A stretch of DNA of 45,298 bases from Opitutales bacterium (GTDB lineage Bacteria; Verrucomicrobiota; Verrucomicrobiia; Opitutales; JABSRG01), in the NCBI GenBank assembly GCA_049599475.1, contig JBMYOQ010000031.1, positions 1-45,298 of the forward strand, in the 5' to 3' direction. This document shows positions 34,224 through 43,647 of the stretch, piece by piece; position 1 is the first letter of the stretch; each line of letters begins with the position of its first letter. The position numbers were made by a program, and so were the translations under genes. Below the pieces are notes generated by a model. The model saw nothing but the letters and a program-made list of their open reading frames with translations. It was not told where the DNA came from and ran no database searches.

Positions 34224-35444
34224 ATGGTTTTCGAAGATGTAGTTGTCCTTTTGGGGCGAGACTTAGAGGCGTTTCGGTGTGCTCGCTTTGAAATTGCAGA
34301 TGGGAAAGTCGTAGACGTTGACCGCCTGGAGCCTGTGCATCAGCTCGAGCAAGGAGGACGTGTCATTATCCCAGGCTTGATCAATGCACATACTCATATG
34401 GGGGATTCGTTTTTGCCAGATGGTGCCACGGGTATGACTCTTGAAGAGGGTTTTTTCAGGCCCAACGGGTATAAATATAGGCAGCTCGCCGCAGTCGACC
34501 CTGAGGAACATTTACCCCATGTTGTGGCCCATTTGAAGTATATGGCTCGGAGTGGTACTGTCTGTCATATCGATTTCCGAGAGCAGGGATTACACGGGTG
34601 CCAATTACTTCGAGAGGCCTCCAAGCGTAGTGGAGTGAGGTCTATGATTCTTGGTCAGTTTGCGGAATTGCCCTTCACGGCAGAAGAACTTCGGGAATCG
34701 AAGAAAGAACTGTCAGAGTCGGCTGAATCTGAGCTGAGAGGGGTGCTAGGGGTCGCCGACGGTTTTAGCGAAAGCACGATGAATGATCTGACCTGCCCGT
34801 CGTGGAAACGTATTCGAGAAATCACGGAGGAACTGGGAAAATACCGCGCGATTCATTGTCTGGAAAATGAAGGATATCGCGACGAGAGCCTGAAAAACAC
34901 CGGACGAGGCGACCTTGAGCGCGCAATCAACGACCTAGACCCCGACTTGATTATTCACCTCACGGTGGCCAACGCAGAAGAAATCAAGCTCTTGGTAGAT
35001 TCACAGAAAACAGGTGTTCTCAATCCGCGGGCCAATGCAAATTTGGGCCTACCTCTGCCGCCGATTAAGGCCCTGCTAGATGCTGGAGCGAATCTTTTGC
35101 TGGGCACCGACAATGGCTTATTAAACAGTCCCAACATGCTGGCAGAGCTCGATTTTACCTACAAAGTTACGAAGAGTCAGTATGCCGATTCGCGTTTTCC
35201 GAACCCGGTGGATATTTTGAAAATGGCGACATCCAATGCGGAAGCTGTTTTTGGTGTTGCACTGCCAGGCTATTTGGAGGTCGGGTTGCCGGCGTCCTTC
35301 GCTGTTTTAGACTTTGATCGCCTACATTTGCGCAGGTCCAGGAATCTACATGCTTCCATTTTAACTCGGGTGACTCCGGAAGACGTCCTGGCCACCTATC
35401 GAGACGGGGTAGAGATTTATTCCTGTCCTGAGGCCAGTGCGTAG
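34224..35444 (+). CDS. Metal-dependent amidohydrolase / nucleobase deaminase-like protein
   Basis: PGLINAHTHMGD (HxH), DFREQG, AIHCLE (HxxE), IIHLT, NPRAN, LGTDN; 4 nt downstream of yhhQ. Confidence 0.85.
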   Translation: MVFEDVVVLLGRDLEAFRCARFEIADGKVVDVDRLEPVHQLEQGGRVIIPGLINAHTHMGDSFLPDGATGMTLEEGFFRPNGYKYRQLAAVDPEEHLPHVVAHLKYMARSGTVCHIDFREQGLHGCQLLREASKRSGVRSMILGQFAELPFTAEELRESKKELSESAESELRGVLGVADGFSESTMNDLTCPSWKRIREITEELGKYRAIHCLENEGYRDESLKNTGRGDLERAINDLDPDLIIHLTVANAEEIKLLVDSQKTGVLNPRANANLGLPLPPIKALLDAGANLLLGTDNGLLNSPNMLAELDFTYKVTKSQYADSRFPNPVDILKMATSNAEAVFGVALPGYLEVGLPASFAVLDFDRLHLRRSRNLHASILTRVTPEDVLATYRDGVEIYSCPEASA

Positions 35445-35513
35445 GCATCGGATTCGGAAACAGGCTCGAGCCCTGGGACCAAAGTGTCCGCAATTTAGTC
35501 TATTTTTCGTTCA

Positions 35514-36095
35514 TTATGAGCGTTGTCGCAATGCCTCAAATAAGCAAACACCTGTCGCTACTGATACATTCAGACACTCTACAGACCCTTCCATCGGGAT
35601 TCTGATGAGCTCATCGGATAGCTCCGCACTCATGCGGCGTACGCCTGTGGCTTCGGCACCCATTATGATGGCTACAGGCCCGGTCATCTCAGCATCCCAA
35701 AGATCTACCGAACCCTTATGGTCTGAGGTCGCGATGATGTGAATATTTAGATCCTTCAGTTTGCGGATTACGTTATTCATGTTCCGCACCTGGACGTAGG
35801 GCAAATGCTCTGCGCCACCACAAGCGATGCGGCGAACGGTTTCGGTAATCGGAGGGGCATCCTTTACCGGTGCAATTACGAACATCACGCCGGAAGCGTC
35901 GGCGGAGCGGAGAATAGCACCGAGATTATGAGGATCTTGGACGCGGTCCAGCATCAGTATGAGCGGCTCTACGCCTTTATCCATTTCCTCCTCAATGGTA
36001 TCCAGCATCTCTTGCTCAGAAAAACGAGGAATCTGAGTGGTGAATCCAAAATGCTTGTTGGCGCGTGCTTCTTTTTTGCGGGAATAAGTAGCCAT
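35514..36095 (-). CDS. SpoU/TrmH-family RNA 2'-O-methyltransferase (RlmB-like catalytic domain)
   Basis: LDRVQDPHNLGAILRSADA, MGAEATG, IPMEGSVECLNVSVA. Confidence 0.88.
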   Translation of the reverse strand: MATYSRKKEARANKHFGFTTQIPRFSEQEMLDTIEEEMDKGVEPLILMLDRVQDPHNLGAILRSADASGVMFVIAPVKDAPPITETVRRIACGGAEHLPYVQVRNMNNVIRKLKDLNIHIIATSDHKGSVDLWDAEMTGPVAIIMGAEATGVRRMSAELSDELIRIPMEGSVECLNVSVATGVCLFEALRQRS

Positions 36096-36100
36096 GGGAA

Positions 36101-37144
36101 TTAAAGAGTCTCGAGTGCGGCCTGAGGGTTCTGTGCCGCGTCTGCCTCTGCATAGCGAGCAGTGTGCTCCGCGGCAAGTTGCTTAAGATCGTCCATCGTC
36201 ATGACCGCAGCCAGGCCACCTCTGGCCTTTTTACATGCAGTCATGTCCTTGGTAAGTTTTGCGAGTTTGGGTCGCATCCAGCGCAAGGTGCCCTCGAATT
36301 TCTGCCTTGCTGGGCGTGCGGACATCATCTCGGCGAATGAAAGGATGGTCTTCCAACGCTCATCAAGGGTGAGGCGGGGAGCATCTGTGCCGGTTGCCAA
36401 GAAGTGTTTTATCTCGCGGAAGAGCCAAGGGTAGCCGAGAGCCGCACGTCCGATCATAGCTCCCTGTATCTTCGAATTTTCGCGAATGTACATGATGTCC
36501 TTGGCTGAACCAATGTCGCCATTGCAAATGACAGGGACGCTCAGGGCTTCCGCCACCTCAAAGATCGGTTCCCAGTCTGCGCGACCGGTATACCCTTGCT
36601 CTTTTGTGCGACCGTGAATGGCTACAGCTTGTATGCCAGCGTCTTCTAGGCGCTTACTTACTTCAAGAGCTACGATTGAGTCGGAGTCCCATCCGAGACG
36701 AATTTTTCCTGTGACAGGGACATCGGGTAGGGCTTTGACTACACCGCGTGCCACGGCTTCCAGTTTCTTCGGATTACGCAGCAGGGACGAGCCGGCATCG
36801 CGGCAGGTGACTTTGTCTGACGGACATCCGAAGTTGAGGTCGATGAAATCGGGTCTGTGGCGTGCGACGAGGCGTTGTGCTGCATCTCCCATGATTTCAG
36901 GAGATGAGCCAAAAATCTGGATCCCCATGGGGCGCTGATCTTCTGAGAAATCAACCGTTTCCCAGACTGCTTCGTTTCCGTATATAAGCGAATCTGCCAG
37001 AACGAATTCGGATACTACCACGTCGGCCCCTTCTTGTCGGCACAGCTGACGAAACACCGTATCAGTAAAGCCCGCCATGGGCGCTAGATACAGCGGAAAG
37101 GCATCGTCTTTAAACCAGTGGAGATCCATCGAATCTTCCAACAT
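36101..37144 (-). CDS. dusB: tRNA-dihydrouridine synthase (DusB-like)
   Basis: LAPMAGFTD, QIFG, DLNFGCP, KIRLGW, HGRT..Q.Y.G.ADW, NGDI, MIGR; alternative ATG 37129. Confidence 0.85.
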   Translation of the reverse strand: MLEDSMDLHWFKDDAFPLYLAPMAGFTDTVFRQLCRQEGADVVVSEFVLADSLIYGNEAVWETVDFSEDQRPMGIQIFGSSPEIMGDAAQRLVARHRPDFIDLNFGCPSDKVTCRDAGSSLLRNPKKLEAVARGVVKALPDVPVTGKIRLGWDSDSIVALEVSKRLEDAGIQAVAIHGRTKEQGYTGRADWEPIFEVAEALSVPVICNGDIGSAKDIMYIRENSKIQGAMIGRAALGYPWLFREIKHFLATGTDAPRLTLDERWKTILSFAEMMSARPARQKFEGTLRWMRPKLAKLTKDMTACKKARGGLAAVMTMDDLKQLAAEHTARYAEADAAQNPQAALETL

Positions 37145-37248
37145 CCATCATTTGGTCCTCGAAAGCAAGTCTACGGCGAGGCGTCGCGGTGGTTGAACAC
37201 TGGTTTTGGGGTAATTGCTGACCTTCGGTCTCGGAAACCGGGGCTGGT

Positions 37249-38115
37249 TTAAAGCGCCTTGGGATCGAGGCCGAGAGAAGCAGATTGGTTGAGCTTGGGA
37301 AGCGTCCTTGCCAGCCAGCTCAGAAAAAGAGACTTCCATTGGCTGGCTGCGGTATTGCCCTCATTCCAATCTATCGCGTGTTCGCCTCTATTAAAAATGT
37401 GGAGTTCACAGTCCACATTTTGGGCAGATAGGGCCTGCGCAAAACGGAAACTGTCGTGGGCTGGGTTCTGGGGGTCTTCAAGCGTGTGCCAGAGGAATGT
37501 GCGTGGCGTCACGGGTGTCACTCTGTGTTCTAGTTGGTAAAAAGAGCGTCGTGGCTCACTGGGAGAGGGCCCGAGAACGCGTTCAAGAGGGATATGTTGA
37601 TGAGCTGTATGATTGCTCACAATGGGGTGACCCAGGGCCATTGCATTGGGGCTTCCGGAATACTGCACGTAAGAATCGTCATACTCGGGTGCTCTCCAAT
37701 TGGCGTGTACTGCAGCGCATGCGGCGAGGTGTGCCCCAGCTCCAAAACCTAGGGCTATCAGAGACTCAGGCAGCACGTTCCATTTAGTCGCGTAGCGGCG
37801 AATTAATCTAAATGCGCGTTGAGCGTCGAGCAGTGGGCCGTCGTAAAGAGTCTCTCCGCAGAGGGATTGCTGAGTGCGATATTTGAGAATGCCGACATGA
37901 CAATCCAATCCCAGCATACTCTCCGCGATAGGAAACACAGGATCCACGTCTAAATGGTGGTATCCTCCGCTGGGAAATAGCAGAACGAGGGGTCTCGGGC
38001 TTGAGTCCTCTTTAATCTTTAGTTCAAGGCTTGGGTAATCGCCCTCAGAATAGTCAGTCCAGAGGGGTGGGGTATGTTCCCAGAGCGGTATGGAAAACTC
38101 AGAAGTATTTACCAT
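37249..38115 (-). CDS. Alpha/beta hydrolase (acetylxylan esterase/BD-FAE-like) lacking the catalytic serine
   Basis: PSGGY, YR, PLLDAQRAFRLIR, GFGAGAHLA in place of GFSAGGHLA, FLWHT.ED, ELHIF..GEH. Confidence 0.8.
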   Translation of the reverse strand: MVNTSEFSIPLWEHTPPLWTDYSEGDYPSLELKIKEDSSPRPLVLLFPSGGYHHLDVDPVFPIAESMLGLDCHVGILKYRTQQSLCGETLYDGPLLDAQRAFRLIRRYATKWNVLPESLIALGFGAGAHLAACAAVHANWRAPEYDDSYVQYSGSPNAMALGHPIVSNHTAHQHIPLERVLGPSPSEPRRSFYQLEHRVTPVTPRTFLWHTLEDPQNPAHDSFRFAQALSAQNVDCELHIFNRGEHAIDWNEGNTAASQWKSLFLSWLARTLPKLNQSASLGLDPKAL

Positions 38116-38183
38116 ACCTTTAAGATCGAACGCTTATGGGGGGAGTTTAGTTTATCCAATTTTATGTAGGGTTTGTGTGGGGC

Positions 38184-38591
38184 TCAGCAGCTCTCTTCTA
38201 TATCAGAGAGGTGGATGTCTAGGGCCTTTACCGAAATGTGGATTTCCGCGATCGAGATCACCAGTGAAACACCGAGGAGGATGATGCTGATCGCGAAGAT
38301 GATACCTCCCGCAGCTTGCAATCCCGCGTAGAGTACGAACATCGATATCACGCAGAAGAGGAAGCTCATAGCGCCGACCTCTTGCATTCTCTGGATCAAG
38401 CGGATGCGTTTCCTTAGGTTCTCTAATTGTGCCCGGAGCGCATTCTTCTCAGTTTGCTCAGTGCCTCCAGACAGGGATTCTTTCAAGGAGCGGATCACAT
38501 TGGCCAGCGCCAAGAAACGATTGGTGTAGGCCAGGAGTAGGAGGGAGATCGCCGGGAAAAGCAGCGCGGGTGTGGTTATTCCAAGATTCAT
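38184..38591 (-). CDS. DUF2721-family small membrane protein
   Basis: TTPALLFPAISLLLLAYTNRFL..LA, QLENLRKR, EI.IS..AL. Confidence 0.8.
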   Translation of the reverse strand: MNLGITTPALLFPAISLLLLAYTNRFLALANVIRSLKESLSGGTEQTEKNALRAQLENLRKRIRLIQRMQEVGAMSFLFCVISMFVLYAGLQAAGGIIFAISIILLGVSLVISIAEIHISVKALDIHLSDIEESC

Positions 38592-38665
38592 GTCAGCAGA
38601 TAGGCTAAACTATGCAGCTATCGCTCAAACTCAACTATTGATGAACGATGCCGTGCAGGCAACTG

Positions 38666-39841
38666 CTAGACGTCGTGCTGGATACAGGCACAGATTCCAG
38701 GCCCGGACTCATTGGGTTCGATAGTCAGATCGCCTCCGAGCGTGCGGATTGTATGTCTGGCTACTGAAAGGCCCATTCCGCAGCCTACATGAGTTTTTGA
38801 GGATACAAAGGGTTCAAATAGGGTATCGCGGAGATCGTCGTGAATGCCTTTTCCGGCGTCGAATACCTTTAGCAGCAGACGTTTGCTTTCGCCAATATCG
38901 ATGGTTTCAGCTTCGACACGCACCTTCCTGTCTAGACCGAAGTCTTCTCCGTAGGATTCAGCGGCATTATTCAAAACAGCCAGGAGAACGGTCTCATAGA
39001 GCTCCGGGTTGGTCTCCAGCTGAATTTCATCAGAGACGGATTTATCGATCTCCAGCGTGATTTCTTTCCAGGTCGTTTTCTGATCTTCTTGGAAGCGTTC
39101 TGAAGCTCCCTTGATCATCCGAGTGAGCTGTACGGGATGTTGATCTACGTGATCTTGGTGAGCTAGGCTGGAAAGCTGTCGGACAATTTCGACAACGCGA
39201 CTGATCGATTTGTCCATCGACTCTACACTGCGCGTGATGAGCGATGGATTGTCCATGCCCGTTTTCATCAGGTCGAGGTAACCGACTACGACGCCAAGCA
39301 AGTTATTCAAATTGTGAGCAATACCCTGAGTGATCGCACCCACGGCGGCGGTTCTTCGAGACTCAGAAAGGCGCTCTTGTAGCTCGATATTCTCGCGGTA
39401 AATCTGCTGAAACCGTAGCTGAGTATGCACGCGGGCCAGGGTTTCGTCCAAGTCGATCGGTTTAGTGATATAGTCGATCGCTCCCACTCCGAGGCCCTCG
39501 ATCTTACCCTCTTTGGAAGATTTCGCGGTGACGAATATGACGGGGATCGATTCGGTATCGGGATCCGACTTGAGGTGCTGACACGTCTCGATACCGTCCA
39601 TTTCGGGCATCATGACATCGAGTAGTATCAGATCTGGAATCGTCTCTTTGACGACTTCCAGGCATTCCTTGCCGTTCTTAGCGATCAATACCTCGAGGTC
39701 GTGCCTTTCTAATTTACGCTGCAGCAGCCGGATGTTGATCGGCTGATCATCCACCACCAAGATTTTGGCCCCCGCGAACGGTGAGCTCATTGGATTATCT
39801 GAGGGTTGAGGGGATGTCATTATGTTCGTGCCGGATTCCAT
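38666..39841 (-). CDS. Hybrid receiver-histidine kinase (REC-HisKA-HATPase)
   Basis: ILVVDD, LILLDVMMP, FVTAK, YITKP; H-box GIAHNLNNLL; N box NNA; G1 DAGKGI; FEPF; G2 GMGLS. Confidence 0.9.
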   Translation of the reverse strand: MESGTNIMTSPQPSDNPMSSPFAGAKILVVDDQPINIRLLQRKLERHDLEVLIAKNGKECLEVVKETIPDLILLDVMMPEMDGIETCQHLKSDPDTESIPVIFVTAKSSKEGKIEGLGVGAIDYITKPIDLDETLARVHTQLRFQQIYRENIELQERLSESRRTAAVGAITQGIAHNLNNLLGVVVGYLDLMKTGMDNPSLITRSVESMDKSISRVVEIVRQLSSLAHQDHVDQHPVQLTRMIKGASERFQEDQKTTWKEITLEIDKSVSDEIQLETNPELYETVLLAVLNNAAESYGEDFGLDRKVRVEAETIDIGESKRLLLKVFDAGKGIHDDLRDTLFEPFVSSKTHVGCGMGLSVARHTIRTLGGDLTIEPNESGPGICACIQHDV

Positions 39842-39922
39842 GACTTTTCTTAGTCAGAAAAGTCGTGGATCTTCGTCGGGAAATTAGAACAAAGTCAGCA
39901 GATTCTCAGTATTAGGATTAAT

Positions 39923-40804
39923 TTATAGACTTTGCTTCAGCTTGTAAGCCTTCAAGGTGTTGGCCATCAGCATTGCTACAGTCATAGGTCCAACGCCTCC
40001 TGGGACTGGGGTAATCTTGGAGGCGATTTCAGATGCGGCTTCAAAGTCGACATCACCTACCAGACGGTAGCCTTTAGATTTGGATAAGTCTGAAACGCGG
40101 TTGATTCCGACGTCTATCACGACTGCGCCAGGTTTGAGCATGTCTCCTTTGATAAATTCAGGACTGCCGATTGCAGCTATCAAAATGTCTGCTTGCCGGG
40201 TAATAGCCGGCAGGTCGCGGGTCGCTGAATGGCAGACCGTTACTGTAGCGTTTCCGAATTCGGATCGTTGGAGGAGTAGCTGCGCGATCGGTTTACCTAC
40301 GATCTGGGATCGCCCCACGATGACTGCGTGTGCTCCGCGCGTCTCGACGCCGGAGCGTTTGAGTAGCTCAATAATGCCAGCAGGTGTGCACGACACGAAG
40401 CGGCTATTGTCATCTTGAAGAATGCGGCCGACGTTGCTCGCATTGAATCCGTCGACATCTTTTTCAGCCAATACGGAATTAAAAATAAGCTGCTCGTCGA
40501 TGTGTTTTGGAAGGGGGGCCTGGACTAGAATGCCGTCAACAGACTCATCTGCATTGAGACGCTCTAAGTGAGCCAGTAATTCATCCTGGGTTATCGACTC
40601 TTCATAGACCTCCAGGGAGGCCTCCATTCCGATTTTTTTCGCGGTCTTTTCTTTTTTTCTTACGTATGAGACGCTTGCGGGGTCCTCGCCGACACGGACG
40701 AATACGACCTTGGGTTTTCGGCCCTCAATTTGGGCTATTTCAGTTTTCAGTTCCGAGAGAAACTCCTCTCGAATGGCATTACCATCGATGATTGAAGCTG
40801 GCAT
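39923..40804 (-). CDS. folD: Bifunctional methylene-THF dehydrogenase/cyclohydrolase
   Basis: [53 protein letters not shown]. Confidence 0.97.
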   Translation of the reverse strand: MPASIIDGNAIREEFLSELKTEIAQIEGRKPKVVFVRVGEDPASVSYVRKKEKTAKKIGMEASLEVYEESITQDELLAHLERLNADESVDGILVQAPLPKHIDEQLIFNSVLAEKDVDGFNASNVGRILQDDNSRFVSCTPAGIIELLKRSGVETRGAHAVIVGRSQIVGKPIAQLLLQRSEFGNATVTVCHSATRDLPAITRQADILIAAIGSPEFIKGDMLKPGAVVIDVGINRVSDLSKSKGYRLVGDVDFEAASEIASKITPVPGGVGPMTVAMLMANTLKAYKLKQSL

Positions 40805-40829
40805 TAGAGGTTTTTAAGGAAAAGCGAGA

Positions 40830-41702
40830 CTAGTAAAGGACTCGAATATTTCGGACGTCGAGAATTACGTCCTTATTCCAGCTGCCTTCGGTGACGACCG
40901 CGTCGACAGCGACTGTGAGTCCATTCAATTCGTTGATACTGCGATGCAGAACGCAGTTATCCAGATTTAGCCAAGCGATGCGTTTCTTGCCGTCTTGAGA
41001 TCTGAGCTCTGTTGGCATTTTGGGCTTCCCTCGAAAAAACTTTCTTTTGGCAATATGAAGCACCCCGGAGTAGGTGATCAAAATGTCCGAAGGGGGCTTG
41101 AACTTAGTTGTCAATTCAGGGCCTAGCTGAGTGATCTCAGTCTCGTCGCTGGAAAATACATCGAGCTCTTCTATAGTTTCTTGCTCTGGCATGGGTGTGG
41201 CATCGACGGGGGCCGGTGCCACTACCGGGGAGGGCGCTTCCTCAGCGATGGGGGCGTTGAGCCCGTCGTTGGCCGGTATAACGGGAGCTGAATCGAGAAA
41301 ATATACCGTGATCGATTTGTCGAAGGTCACTTCCGCCCAGTCATCACTACTCGCATTTACGGTATGCTCATCGGTGTCTTGAAGGACTGTCAGGACGGTG
41401 CTCTCTGCATCTGGTGAGGCATATACAAGTGTCGAAGGCTCCACTTTGAGAGCTTTGGTCACTTGTGCACTTTCGACATGGCCGGTATAAGTCCCGGGTA
41501 AGTCTACCCACTTCCAACCTTGTGCCGCCTGCTCCTCATCTAAGACGGGCTGAGGCGCTTGTTTGTCGAGTGTTTCGTTGGGTACAGATTTCAGCGGATT
41601 GGCGCCGATATCTGGAGTCAGATAGACGGGAACTTGAGCGGAAACCCAAGATGCGAAGGCAACGGTTATGGTTGCTAGCGGAAGACTCTTAGAAATGCGC
41701 AT
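40830..41702 (-). CDS. Secreted hypothetical protein with SH3-like segments and acidic Pro/Ala linker
   Basis: Signal-peptide-like N-terminus from ATG 41702; GWKWV and DDWAEV strands; low-complexity PIAEEAPSPVVAPAP linker. Confidence 0.6.
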   Translation of the reverse strand: MRISKSLPLATITVAFASWVSAQVPVYLTPDIGANPLKSVPNETLDKQAPQPVLDEEQAAQGWKWVDLPGTYTGHVESAQVTKALKVEPSTLVYASPDAESTVLTVLQDTDEHTVNASSDDWAEVTFDKSITVYFLDSAPVIPANDGLNAPIAEEAPSPVVAPAPVDATPMPEQETIEELDVFSSDETEITQLGPELTTKFKPPSDILITYSGVLHIAKRKFFRGKPKMPTELRSQDGKKRIAWLNLDNCVLHRSINELNGLTVAVDAVVTEGSWNKDVILDVRNIRVLY

Positions 41703-41739
41703 GAAGAAGTTTGTATACAAATCGGGCGATACGGCCTTA

Positions 41740-42480
41740 TCAATTGAATAATGAATCGATTTCTTTGTTTTTCAACAACTTGCACTCTCCGGAAGGGATT
41801 CCCTTCAATTGCAGTCTGCCGATTTGAAAACGATGGAGAAGATTAACGTGGTAGCCAAAGCTCTCTAGTAGACGGCGTATTTCCCGCTTTTTTCCATGGT
41901 TAAGGTGGATTTCTAGGCGTTTGTCGGTTTTGGGTCCCATATCACGTCCGTAGATCACCTTTTCAAAACGCAGGTGTTCGCCTTCGAGAACGCGCCCTTC
42001 AAGGAGTTTGGGCGTCAGGGCTTTGTCGAACGGTTTGTGCACTTCCACGCGGTAGCGTTTGATGACGGTGAACGAAGGATGCATGATTCGCTGGGCGAGA
42101 TCGCCGTCATTCGTTAAAATAACCAAGCCCTCCGAGTCTTTATCGAGGCGGCCCGCGCAGAAGAGCCGATTCTTCCGGTAACTGTGAGGCAATAGGTCGA
42201 AAACCGTTTGCGAGTGAAACGGATCTTCATTTGAGCAAATGAACCCCTTGGGCTTATACATCATGAGGGTGATCTTGGATTCGAGGTCACCCATCGTGAG
42301 CATTTTTCCGTTTACAGTAATGCGATCTCGGCGGGGATCGGCCTTTTGGCCCAGTTCCGCGATTTTACCATTTACTCTGACCAAGCCATCTTTAATCCAC
42401 TCTTCTGCGCCGCGACGCGAAGAGAGACCGCGGTCGGCGATGATTTTTTGAATACGAATTTCTGGGTCTTCGGAAGGCAT
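41740..42480 (-). CDS. rRNA pseudouridine synthase, RsuA/RluB family with S4 domain
   Basis: RIQKIIADRGLSSRR, YKPKG, GRLDKDSEGL, HPS, GKKREIRR; start at ATG 42480. Confidence 0.92.
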   Translation of the reverse strand: MPSEDPEIRIQKIIADRGLSSRRGAEEWIKDGLVRVNGKIAELGQKADPRRDRITVNGKMLTMGDLESKITLMMYKPKGFICSNEDPFHSQTVFDLLPHSYRKNRLFCAGRLDKDSEGLVILTNDGDLAQRIMHPSFTVIKRYRVEVHKPFDKALTPKLLEGRVLEGEHLRFEKVIYGRDMGPKTDKRLEIHLNHGKKREIRRLLESFGYHVNLLHRFQIGRLQLKGIPSGECKLLKNKEIDSLFN

Positions 42481-42599
42481 AATCAGTGATTTCTGACGAA
42501 AAGTGAAATTCGACATTGAAAACGAAATCGCCAAGACGCTACAACGTTTCTTTTTGGCGATACTCAAATCGTCGCGAGATACCTGAATACTTTTTCCAA

Positions 42600-43346
42600 A
42601 TGAGTGATACAAACGAACAGAAAGTGGCCCTGGTTACCGGAGCGGGCCGTGGTATCGGTCGAGAGATCGCCTTGAAACTAGCTCAAGATGGGCACAAAGT
42701 TATCTGTGTGTCCAAGAGCGAGAGCTCCTGCGGAGGGGCCGCCGAGTTTATCCGTGAGCAGGGCCTCGATGCCGTGGCACGTGCTGTGGATGTATCCAAT
42801 GGAGGTGAAGTGGCGACCGCCGCTGCCGAAATTTTGAAGGAATACGGAAACGTCGATATTTTGGTCAATAACGCTGGAATTACCCGTGACACACTCCTGT
42901 TTCGGATGACGGATGAGGATTGGGACGCTGTTTTGCAGACCAATCTTTCCAGCAGTTTCTACTGGTGTAAGCACCTCGCGCGTCCAATGACACGCAAGCG
43001 TTGGGGGCGCATCATCAATATTTCATCAGTCGTTGGACTCATGGGTAATGCCGGCCAGGCCAACTACGCCGCTGCAAAGGCAGGCATGATCGGGCTGACA
43101 AAAAGCCTCGCTCGTGAATTTGCTGCACGAAAAGTCACGGTAAATGCTGTAGCACCTGGCTTTATCGATACTGATATGACCTCCGAACTCAGCGACGAAG
43201 TAAAAGCCGGCGCAACAGCGATGATCCCGCTGAAGCGTTTTGGCCAAGTCGGTGATATCGCGTCTATCGTTTCATATCTCGCATCAGAACAATCTTCATA
43301 CATCACTGGACAGACTTTTACCGTTGACGGCGGTATGGTCATGTGA
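42600..43346 (+). CDS. fabG: 3-oxoacyl-ACP reductase
   Basis: [39 protein letters not shown] 42600. Confidence 0.96.
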   Translation: MSDTNEQKVALVTGAGRGIGREIALKLAQDGHKVICVSKSESSCGGAAEFIREQGLDAVARAVDVSNGGEVATAAAEILKEYGNVDILVNNAGITRDTLLFRMTDEDWDAVLQTNLSSSFYWCKHLARPMTRKRWGRIINISSVVGLMGNAGQANYAAAKAGMIGLTKSLAREFAARKVTVNAVAPGFIDTDMTSELSDEVKAGATAMIPLKRFGQVGDIASIVSYLASEQSSYITGQTFTVDGGMVM

Positions 43347-43377
43347 TGCTGAAAAACAACCTTCAATTCTCTTTATT

Positions 43378-43632
43378 ATGTCAGACAAAACTATCGAACA
43401 ACGCGTTAAAGATATCATCGTCAGCCAGCTCAGCGTCAACGAAGAGCAAATCACCCCTGAGGCATCATTCCTTGATGATTTGGGTGCAGACTCTCTTGAT
43501 ACTGTAGAGCTTATCATGGCTTTCGAAGAAGAGTTCAGCGACGAGATCCAAGGCGAGATCCCTGAGTCGGACGCAGAAAAGCTTCAGACAGTGGGTGATG
43601 TCGTTAAGTACATCACTGAAAAAGCTGGTTGA
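43378..43632 (+). CDS. acpP: Acyl carrier protein
   Basis: [12 protein letters not shown] phosphopantetheine site; ATG 43378. Confidence 0.97.
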   Translation: MSDKTIEQRVKDIIVSQLSVNEEQITPEASFLDDLGADSLDTVELIMAFEEEFSDEIQGEIPESDAEKLQTVGDVVKYITEKAG

Positions 43633-43647
43633 TTTTCACAATCTAGC

